DNA from: an uncultured Acidobacteriota bacterium
GTDB taxonomy: Bacteria; Acidobacteriota; JAQAZP01
Assembly (NCBI GenBank): GCA_963836075.1
Contig: CAWIIB010000008.1
Location: 96,001 to 160,000 of the forward strand
DNA length: 64,000 bases
Direction of reading: 5' to 3'
The notes under the pieces were generated by a model. The model did no database searches and was not told the DNA's origin. It saw nothing but the letters and a program-made list of their open reading frames with translations. This document shows positions 1 to 7,589 of the stretch, in pieces. Each line of letters starts with the position of its first letter. Positions within the stretch are counted from its first letter, which is position 1. Both the position numbers and the translations under genes were made by a program.

Positions 1-701
1 ACCATGGTGATGGCGTCGGTGGGGCAGTGGTTTGCGCACTGGCCGCAGCTGGTGCAGTTGTTGTTGGCGAAGAACAGTTTGGCCAGGAAGAAGCGTCCCA
101 CCAGCAGATAGAGCGCTGAAAGCCAGAGCAGGGGCAGCCCCCAGAGCAGCAGGTCCCAGGCGTTGGACCAGGAGACCCAGTGCGTATGCCCGGCGAGAAT
201 GCTTTCGAAGATTCTGTCGGCGCGACCCTTCCGGCGGGCAATGTATGCCGGGGAATTCTCCCGGGAGAAGCCCGAATAGAGCGACATCCAGTTGGACGGC
301 ATGTCGATCCCGGTGATCCCTCTCAACCGATACTCCTTGCACAGGAGGATCAGGCCGATGATCAGCGCCGCCGTGCCCGCGGCCCCCGGTACGGTGACCG
401 GACCGAACTTCAAGGCGCCGCGGGTGGCGGTGCAGAAGGCGGCGGCCCCATTGCCGGCCGGCACCCCCAGGGCGAAACGGATCATCTTCCAGGGCGCGGT
501 GAAACCGTGGGTCGGGAAAACGAAGAGTACCAGTTGGTGGCGTGAGGCCACCAGCTCCCGCTCCGGCCTGGCCGATTCAACCGGGATGACCGCCGAGTCG
601 ATGGAACGCGCCTTTACTGCCTCGTCCATCCAGCGGGCCACACGGTAGGAGTTACCGGTGCCGCTGAGGTAGTAGATTTTTGCACTTATTGGTGAGCGCA
701 T
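1..701 (-). CDS. EFR1-family ferredoxin (flavodoxin-like N-terminus plus 4Fe-4S domain), 3' end runs off the window
   Basis: Manual translation from ATG at 701: MRSPISAKIYYLSGTGNSYRVA...FVFPTHGFTAP...DMPSNW...NNNCTSCGQCANHCPTDAI. Shows SGTGN flavodoxin loop and CxxCxxCxxxCP. Absent from the ORF track because it has no stop in the window. Confidence 0.85.
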   Translation of the reverse strand, partial: MRSPISAKIYYLSGTGNSYRVARWMDEAVKARSIDSAVIPVESARPERELVASRHQLVLFVFPTHGFTAPWKMIRFALGVPAGNGAAAFCTATRGALKFGPVTVPGAAGTAALIIGLILLCKEYRLRGITGIDMPSNWMSLYSGFSRENSPAYIARRKGRADRIFESILAGHTHWVSWSNAWDLLLWGLPLLWLSALYLLVGRFFLAKLFFANNNCTSCGQCANHCPTDAITM

Positions 702-850
702 GGGTGACCTGTTCGGATCCCATCGTGTGATCTGACCAGAGCGTTCAGTTCGTTTGCGGCATCAATGACAGAATTCAGTCCGAGTGCGGTTGCCGGCCAT
801 CTTAGCAAATTCGGGGGGGGCCGGAAAGAAACAGGCCGGTGTCCGTACAT

Positions 851-876
851 AAAAAGGCGGGAGCTCTCGCTCCCGC
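851..876 (-). terminator. Intrinsic terminator downstream of the porin
   Basis: Stem GCGGGAGC-tctc-GCTCCCGC (857-876), then a C and T5 on the minus strand. Confidence 0.7.
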
Positions 877-902
877 AACGGCCGTAAGTGGGGGGGGAAA
901 GT

Positions 903-2066
903 TCAGAACTTGACGATGTAGTCCACCTGCCAGCGCTGGAGGTCCTCGTCCCGGCCGTCAGCCGTGTTGGTGTTGTAGTAGGTCACGTTGAAGTAGGACT
1001 TGGCGATACAGCCCATCCGGACGTCGAAACGGTTGGCCTTGAGATCGGAACCACGCGAGGTGTCCGACTGGGTGAAGACGTAGAACAGGGCGTCCGGCTC
1101 GGAATAGTAGTAGCTGTAGCGGAAAGCCCAGTGCCACGGTTTCTTGTAGTCACCGATCTGCAGGCGGCCGAAGTAGGCGGTGTCCTCGTCCCTGGCGATG
1201 CCGTCGGCGCCGAGGTTGTTGTAGTAGAAGAGATTGACCTTGACCGGCCAGCGCTCGCTGGCCGAATACTTGTACTCGGCGAAGAAGTTGAGAATTTGGA
1301 ATTCGCTGACCAGCAGCCCGTTCTCGTCGACGATGTTGGTCATGTTGTTGCCGCCAAGTTCGCCGTCGATGGTCAGGTCGGCGACGGCCTGGGGGTTGGT
1401 CCAGCCGTCATAGCCGGCGCCGATGGCGAATTTACTGTTGTCACCGAACTTGAAGTTCACGTGGGTCTGGGCGCCATAGAGACTGGAGTCGGAACCGCTG
1501 CCGCTCTCGTTCAGCAGATACTGGTAGAGGTCGATGTCGATGCCCTTGAACGCGCCGTCACCGCCGCCAAAGTCGAAGTTCTCCATCAGGCCTTCCACGG
1601 TGACGTCGTCGTCCCACTGCATGTCGGAAACCTTCCAGCGCTTTGCGGCGTCGAACTTTCCGCCGATCACACCGACCCAGTCGGTGAACTGGTAGTCGAC
1701 ATAGCCCTGGGCCAGGTTGAACTGCTTGAACTGGAACCCGCCGTCAAAACTCGTGTTGTTCGACACCGGGTCGTCGGGGTTGCCGTTCCTCAGCTGCAGG
1801 CCGACGGTCAGCTTCTCGGTGACGGTGGCGATGAGACCGGCGCGAATGCGGGCACGGAAGCGGTCCCGGCGGTCGTCGTCAAAGGAGCCGTCCTTCTGGA
1901 AGCCCTCGTAGCGCATCCGGACATCACCGGTGAAATCGATCCGGTCATACCACTTTTTGGGTTTTTCCTCGTCCGTACCGGAATCGGGCGTTTCCGTGGC
2001 GAAGGCCGGAAGCCAGGCCGCCATCAAGAGCAGAACAGTGATCAGCGTGAGCGTTCTTTTCATCAT
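903..2066 (-). CDS. Putative outer-membrane porin (Porin_5/OprO-P-like)
   Basis: Signal peptide MMKRTLTLITVLLLMAAWLPAFA, F.GD.R.RYE and RFRAR motifs, amphipathic beta strands, C-terminal QVDYIVKF. Confidence 0.8.
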   Translation of the reverse strand: MMKRTLTLITVLLLMAAWLPAFATETPDSGTDEEKPKKWYDRIDFTGDVRMRYEGFQKDGSFDDDRRDRFRARIRAGLIATVTEKLTVGLQLRNGNPDDPVSNNTSFDGGFQFKQFNLAQGYVDYQFTDWVGVIGGKFDAAKRWKVSDMQWDDDVTVEGLMENFDFGGGDGAFKGIDIDLYQYLLNESGSGSDSSLYGAQTHVNFKFGDNSKFAIGAGYDGWTNPQAVADLTIDGELGGNNMTNIVDENGLLVSEFQILNFFAEYKYSASERWPVKVNLFYYNNLGADGIARDEDTAYFGRLQIGDYKKPWHWAFRYSYYYSEPDALFYVFTQSDTSRGSDLKANRFDVRMGCIAKSYFNVTYYNTNTADGRDEDLQRWQVDYIVKF

Positions 2067-2190
2067 CTGTCTTTTCCCTCTCCTCTGCGTGCATCTGTTG
2101 CAATTGACCCAAAACATGAGCAACAACTAATGTAAGCCGGCCCGCCGGCCGGATTTTCGTATTCAGTGCAGGCAGATGATGACCGGGAAT

Positions 2191-2207
2191 TGTTAAGGCT
2201 GTATGAG
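2191..2207 (-). promoter_or_regulatory. Pho-box-like 11-bp direct repeat upstream of the porin
   Basis: Minus strand cTCATAcagcctTAACA: two half-sites 11 bp apart. Confidence 0.3.
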
Positions 2208-2348
2208 GGAGGAATAAAAGTACCAGATAAGGCTCAACACGCCAAGTGGCGAATTGGTCCACGGACTGTTTCCGCTTACAATCTTCCTGTCCCATGATCT
2301 CATATCGTGGCCTGCGGCTGCCTCGGGGCCGGGTCCAGTGGAGAGTGC

Positions 2349-3410
2349 ATGCACCGACCAGCCGGTCTCATCCGGTCCCCCTATTCCTGGTGGGAGACTC
2401 TCAAGCTCCCTCTCCGCTACCTCCGCCCGTCCTCCGGGGGTGGGGCGGGATTTCCCCGGGCCCCCCGTTCCGGCGGCCTCCTCGAGGGGAGCCGGCTGCT
2501 CTTTCTCGGCGACCTGATGGCCGCACGGAACCGGCAGCTGCCCGAGGTGGCTCCGGCCTTTCGTGAGCTGGTCCGGCGGGCCGACCTGGTGATCATCAAC
2601 TGCGAGGGACCGGTGAAACCGGGTTCGGAGCCCGATGGCCGGCGGCCGTACGCCCGGGTGCGTTTTTCTTCCCGCTACCTGGGGCAGGTCCTGGAGTGCC
2701 TGGGGGTGGACCCCGGCCGCTGTGTGCTCTCGGTGGCCAACAACCACGCCGCCGACTGCGGACCGGACGGCCTGGACGCCACCGTGGAGGCCCTCCGCGA
2801 TATGGGGACCCACGTGGCGGGTGCGAAGCAGGGCGCATCACCGCTGGTCCGTGTCGATGCGGGGCCGGTGCCGGTGGGGTTTGTTGCCTGGACCGACTGG
2901 CAGAACCAGGGTGGCTCAGCCGCGTGCGGCGTCTGGAGCGGGGACGATCTGTCCGGCCGGCGCTGGCGGGAGGAAGCACTGGCAGCCGGTATTTGCTGTC
3001 TGGCGGCCCTGCCGCACTGGGGCTTCGAGTTCCGGCACTTTCCCGAGCCCGGTGTTCGCCTCCGGGCCCGGGAACTGGTGGGGCAGGGGTTCCGGATCAT
3101 CGCCGGCCACCACCCGCACGTTGTCCAGCCGCTGGAGACCTTTGACGGCGGCCTCTGTCTTTACAGCGGCGGCAATGTCATCGGTCCGGCGATCCCCCTG
3201 GCCTGGCCCTGCCGGCTTTTTGCGGCGCTGGAGGTTGCGCTGGCCGCGGAGGGCCCCGACCCCGGAGCGGTCAACGGCTACCGGGTCCACCCCTTTGTCC
3301 AGTTGCAGGAGGGAGGCCGGCCGCTGATCGCCACCATCGACCAGCTGCCCCCGGGCCGGGCCCGGCGGTTTCAGCGGCGCTTCGACGATCTCTTCGGCCT
3401 CGACGAATAG
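2349..3410 (+). CDS. CapA/PGA_cap-family metallophosphoesterase
   Basis: Motifs FLGDLM, INCEG, SVANNHAADCG, PHWG.E, GHHPHV. Start uncertain (GTG 2307 or ATG 2349). Confidence 0.85.
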   Translation: MHRPAGLIRSPYSWWETLKLPLRYLRPSSGGGAGFPRAPRSGGLLEGSRLLFLGDLMAARNRQLPEVAPAFRELVRRADLVIINCEGPVKPGSEPDGRRPYARVRFSSRYLGQVLECLGVDPGRCVLSVANNHAADCGPDGLDATVEALRDMGTHVAGAKQGASPLVRVDAGPVPVGFVAWTDWQNQGGSAACGVWSGDDLSGRRWREEALAAGICCLAALPHWGFEFRHFPEPGVRLRARELVGQGFRIIAGHHPHVVQPLETFDGGLCLYSGGNVIGPAIPLAWPCRLFAALEVALAAEGPDPGAVNGYRVHPFVQLQEGGRPLIATIDQLPPGRARRFQRRFDDLFGLDE

Positions 3411-3448
3411 TGACAAGCGGGGTATCATTGCTCGGCCCGCGGGCTGGT

Positions 3449-3495
3449 TTTCACTGACAGATCACGAATCGTTAACCGGTGTCTGAAATTATCAT
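3449..3495 (+). promoter_or_regulatory. Three Pho-box-like repeats at 11-bp period plus a -10-like TATCAT
   Basis: ttTCAC (3451), gaTCAC (3462), gtTAAC (3473); TATCAT at 3490-3495. Confidence 0.4.
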
Positions 3496-3500
3496 CCATT

Positions 3501-4358
3501 ATGCTGATCGATTCATCGTCGGATCGCGATCCGGACAGTCTGTCCGCGGGGGACGGAACCATGGAGGTTCCGGCGGTGACCATTCCGGCGGATCTCTCAC
3601 TGGCCGACATCTGGCGCGAGCCGCTGCCCCACCAGCCGGACGAGCCGCTGACCCGCATGCTCTGCCGGTCGATCACCGCCCTCTCCCGGCGCTATGTCCG
3701 GGAGATCGAAGGGCCCCTCGATGCCCTGGCCCCGGAAGAGGACCCTTTTGTCCTGGTACTCAACCACAGCCAGCGGCTGGAAGCGGTGCTCATCCCCACC
3801 CTGCTTCTTTACTACCGTGGCGGCAAGCCGATCCACTTCCTCGCCGACTGGAACATGCTGATGGTGCCGCTGGTGGGGATGCTCTACCGCCGCGGCCGCA
3901 ACATCATCGTTACTCAAAAGCAGGCAAAGCCCCGCTTTCTCAACATTTTCAAACCGCTCTTCCGGCAGCCGGCCCCGGCCTTTCAACAGGCCCTGGACCG
4001 CCTGCGGTCCGGCTCACCGGTGGGTCTCTTCCCCGAAGGAACGATGAACCGCAACCCGCACGCGCTGCTGCCGGGCCGGCCCGGCGCCGCCCGGCTGGCC
4101 CTGACCGCCGGTGTGCCGGTCCTGCCGGTGGGAATCCGTTTTTCCGGCCACCGCGGCGGCCGCATCCGCGATGGCGCCGGAATGCGGCTGATGATCGGCC
4201 GTTCCATGCCTCTGCCCGATCCGGCGCGGCCGGGAAAACCGGCCCGGGAAGAGGTGCTAGACGGCCACCGCCGGATCATGGAACAGCTCTCCGTCCTGAG
4301 CGGAAAAGAGTGGTCGGCCCGGACGCCCGGAAGGAGGAACCATGTCCCTGAAGAATGA
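3501..4358 (+). CDS. PlsC/LPLAT-family acyltransferase
   Basis: LNHSQRLE (HX4E variant of HX4D), FPEGT, VPVLPVGI. Start may be ATG 3561. Confidence 0.85.
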   Translation: MLIDSSSDRDPDSLSAGDGTMEVPAVTIPADLSLADIWREPLPHQPDEPLTRMLCRSITALSRRYVREIEGPLDALAPEEDPFVLVLNHSQRLEAVLIPTLLLYYRGGKPIHFLADWNMLMVPLVGMLYRRGRNIIVTQKQAKPRFLNIFKPLFRQPAPAFQQALDRLRSGSPVGLFPEGTMNRNPHALLPGRPGAARLALTAGVPVLPVGIRFSGHRGGRIRDGAGMRLMIGRSMPLPDPARPGKPAREEVLDGHRRIMEQLSVLSGKEWSARTPGRRNHVPEE

Positions 4359-5025
4359 TATTTCCGTCATCAAAATCAAGACGCCCGACGAACGGCAGCA
4401 GGCGCTGGATGTCTGCGCCACCGTCTACCACGACGAGAAGCGATGGGTGATAAACATCGAGGAGTTCCTCCCCGCCGAAGACCTGGAGAACGAGGACATC
4501 TCCTGGTTCGCCGCCAAGCTGGACGGCCGCACGCTGGGGGTCACCCGCGTTCTCTACAAGCTGCCCCTGGAACTCTATGACGACTACGGGCTGGAACTGC
4601 TGGACAAGAGCATCGACGTGAAAGCGTTTCTGGCGCAGAACCGGATCGCCGAGGTTGGCCGTTTTGCCGTGCTGCCGGAGTACCGGGGGAAGATCATGGT
4701 GGCCGCGGCCCTGATGCGGGCCTGTGTCTCGGAAACGATCCAGCGCGGGTTCACCCACTTCATCACCGACGTCTTCGAGGACGATCCCAACACGCCCCAC
4801 GGCTTTCACAAGCGGGTTCTCGGTTTCCAGGAGGTGGCCACCCACACCCACGGCGAACTGAACTGCGAGAGCCGCCGGATCACCATGCTGCTCGACTTCA
4901 AGGCGGCCTATGCCTCGGCGGTGACCAGGAAGGGCTGGCTCTACAAGTACATCATGAGCGAGTGGGACGAAACCATGAAGTCGCAGCTCTCCGGCCCGGC
5001 CGGCGGCCCCGCTCCGGGCTCCTGA
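4342..5025 (+). CDS. GNAT N-acyltransferase, FeeM/acyl-HSL-synthase-like
   Basis: RIAEVGRFAVLPEYRG and GVTRV strand; strong RBS aggagg; overlaps the upstream acyltransferase. Confidence 0.7.
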   Translation: MSLKNDISVIKIKTPDERQQALDVCATVYHDEKRWVINIEEFLPAEDLENEDISWFAAKLDGRTLGVTRVLYKLPLELYDDYGLELLDKSIDVKAFLAQNRIAEVGRFAVLPEYRGKIMVAAALMRACVSETIQRGFTHFITDVFEDDPNTPHGFHKRVLGFQEVATHTHGELNCESRRITMLLDFKAAYASAVTRKGWLYKYIMSEWDETMKSQLSGPAGGPAPGS

Positions 5026-5069
5026 CCCCGGGAAGGGCCATCCCGTCACCAGAGTGAAACTATCCGCCC

Positions 5070-7589
5070 ATGCGTTCCTCTCTCATTCCACACCAGCGCC
5101 TGACGCTGCCGCTGATCCGGTTTGCCGGCCGCCGGCCGTGGGCCGTGATCCTCGCCATGGCGCTGCTCACCCTGGCCGCCGGCGCCGCGGCCCTCAACCT
5201 GCGGCTGGATACCGACGTACTGGCCCTGATCCCCACCAGCAACCCGGTGGTGCGGGACTTTCGGGAAACCCTTGAACGGTTCGGCTCCACCGACATCCTG
5301 CTGGTGGCCCTGGAACTGCGGGGCGAGGAATCGCTGGACGGCGACCTGGCCTACGCCGACCTGCTGGTGGAGGGGCTGAGGGATTCGTCGCGCATCGCCT
5401 GGGTGGAGTGCCACTCCGGCGATCTCCTCGATTCGGTGGACGACCTGCTGCGGCACGCCACGCTCTTCATGACCCCCGACGAGCTGGAGCAGTTTGTCCG
5501 GCGGTTCTCCGCCCCGGGCCTTGGGGAGCGGGTCGGGCGGCTGGCCCTGGACGCCCGCTCCTCACTGGTGGCGGGGCAGCAGGAGCAATTCACCCTCGAC
5601 CCCATGGGCATCTGGCCGCTGATCGGCGGCCGGCTGGGCACCGAGAAGCTCTCCTCGCGCTTCGACAGCGAGACCGGCTACATCATCGACGGCGGGCGGC
5701 GCTATCTGCTGATGCTGGCCAAGCCGATCAAGCCGGCGGCCGATGTCCCCTTTGGCCGCGAGCTGGCGAGCGAACTGGAGCTGCTGCAGGATTCCACCAA
5801 CGGGCAGTGGTGTGACGACGACTGGGAGGGGGACCCGCCAAACGTGCTGCTGGGCGGCGGCTACATCATGGCGGTGGAGGATGCCCGCGAGGTGACCCGG
5901 GACGCGGCGGTGGGCGGCGTGGTCTCCCTGCTGGGCGTGATTCTGCTGTTCATGGTCATCTTTCGGCGCGCCGCGGCGCTGCTCATCGTGGCCGTGCCGC
6001 TGATCACCGGCCTGACCTGCACCTTCGGTTTTGCCGCGCTGTTCCTCGGCCGTCTCAACCCCGTCACCTCGGCCTTTTCCGCGCTGCTCATCGGCCTGGG
6101 GGTCGACTTCATCATCGTGCTCTACGGCCGCTATGTGGAGGAGCGCCGGCGGGGCGAGTCCCACCAGGCGGCCCTGGAGGCCTTTGGCCGCACCACCGCC
6201 GCCGGGGTGTTCCTCGGCGCGGTGACCACGGCGGCCACCTTCCTCGCCTTCCTCATCTCCGGCTTCCGCGGTCTCTCCGAGCTGGGCCTGATCACCGGCG
6301 CCGGCATCCTGATCCTGGTGGCCACCGTCTTCCTCCTGCTGCCGGCGCTGCTCACGGTGATCGAACGCGTCCGGCCGGGGAGACCGCACCGTTACCACGC
6401 CTTCGGGATCCAGCGCCTCTGCGGTTTCAGCCTGCGCCACCCCGTCCCGGTGATCGTGGCCACCCTGCTGGTCACCGCGCTGCTCTTCTTCCCCATGCTC
6501 CGGCTGCACTACGATGACGACGTGCTCAACATGCGCTCGGCCACCAACCAGGGGCTGGTGGTGCAGCGGCAGCTGATGGAGGCCTTCGACATCCGCTTCA
6601 CCCCGATCATGGTCCGGGTGGACGGGGAGACCGCGGCCCAGTCTCTGCGCCGGGCGCAGGAACTGCTGACCCGGATCGAACCGCTGGCCGACGGGAAGAA
6701 CCTGGCCCGGGTGGAGTCGGCGGCCTCATTGATGCCGCCCCTGGAGAGACAGGAGAGGATCCTGGAGATCCTGCGGGAGGTGGAACTGGATCAGGACGCT
6801 GTGCGCCGGCAATTCGACGAGGCGCTGGACGCCGAAGGGCTGAACCCCGCGCCGTTTCGCCACGGGCTGGACCTGGCCCTCGAGGCCCTGGCACTGGACC
6901 GGCCGCTGTCGCTGGACGCCTTCAGCGGCTCCACAATCGGGCACCTGCTGGAGCGCTACCTGCACTCCGGTGACGACGGGGCATCGACGCTGATCTACTG
7001 CTACCCCCCGGCGGGGAAGTGGCGCCGCGAGGTGCCGCCGCCCCTGGCGGCGGCGGTGGAGGGAACCCCCGGGGCGGTGCTCACCAGTCCGGTGCTCATC
7101 TCCCGGGAGCTGAAGGCCATCGTCTGGCGCGACGCGCTGCTGGCCGCACTGCTGGGCACGCTGGTCGTCTTCAGCCTGATGGCCGCGGACATGCGCAGCC
7201 TGCGTCACGCCGCCCTGGGGCTGGTGCCCCTCGCCGTGGGCATGATCTGGATGGCCGGTGGGATGGTCCTGCTGGGCATGGCGGTGAACTTCCTCAACAT
7301 CTTCGTCTTCACCATGATCATCGGCATCGGGGTGGACTACGGCATTCACCTGACCCACCGCTGGAGCGAGTCGGGGGCCGATCACCGGCCGCTGGCCGCC
7401 ACCTCGCGGGCGATCCTCATCGCCGCGTTCACCACCGTGATCGGCTTCGGCTCGCTGGCCCTCTCCCACTCGCCGGGCCTGCGTTCCATGGGGACGGCGG
7501 CCATCCTCGGTGCGTCGGCCACGGCCCTGGTGAGCATCACCTTCCTGCCCGCCCTGATGGCCTTGTGGGGCAGGCGGCGCGTCACTTGA
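5070..7589 (+). CDS. MMPL/RND-family lipid exporter
   Basis: Two repeats of TM plus periplasmic loop plus TM bundle; GLGVDFII and GIGVDYGIH motifs. Confidence 0.9.
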   Translation: MRSSLIPHQRLTLPLIRFAGRRPWAVILAMALLTLAAGAAALNLRLDTDVLALIPTSNPVVRDFRETLERFGSTDILLVALELRGEESLDGDLAYADLLVEGLRDSSRIAWVECHSGDLLDSVDDLLRHATLFMTPDELEQFVRRFSAPGLGERVGRLALDARSSLVAGQQEQFTLDPMGIWPLIGGRLGTEKLSSRFDSETGYIIDGGRRYLLMLAKPIKPAADVPFGRELASELELLQDSTNGQWCDDDWEGDPPNVLLGGGYIMAVEDAREVTRDAAVGGVVSLLGVILLFMVIFRRAAALLIVAVPLITGLTCTFGFAALFLGRLNPVTSAFSALLIGLGVDFIIVLYGRYVEERRRGESHQAALEAFGRTTAAGVFLGAVTTAATFLAFLISGFRGLSELGLITGAGILILVATVFLLLPALLTVIERVRPGRPHRYHAFGIQRLCGFSLRHPVPVIVATLLVTALLFFPMLRLHYDDDVLNMRSATNQGLVVQRQLMEAFDIRFTPIMVRVDGETAAQSLRRAQELLTRIEPLADGKNLARVESAASLMPPLERQERILEILREVELDQDAVRRQFDEALDAEGLNPAPFRHGLDLALEALALDRPLSLDAFSGSTIGHLLERYLHSGDDGASTLIYCYPPAGKWRREVPPPLAAAVEGTPGAVLTSPVLISRELKAIVWRDALLAALLGTLVVFSLMAADMRSLRHAALGLVPLAVGMIWMAGGMVLLGMAVNFLNIFVFTMIIGIGVDYGIHLTHRWSESGADHRPLAATSRAILIAAFTTVIGFGSLALSHSPGLRSMGTAAILGASATALVSITFLPALMALWGRRRVT

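Noticed and set aside
2349-3410. Poly-gamma-glutamate capsule operon
   Set aside because: Only the CapA-like phosphoesterase is present, with no capB or capC.
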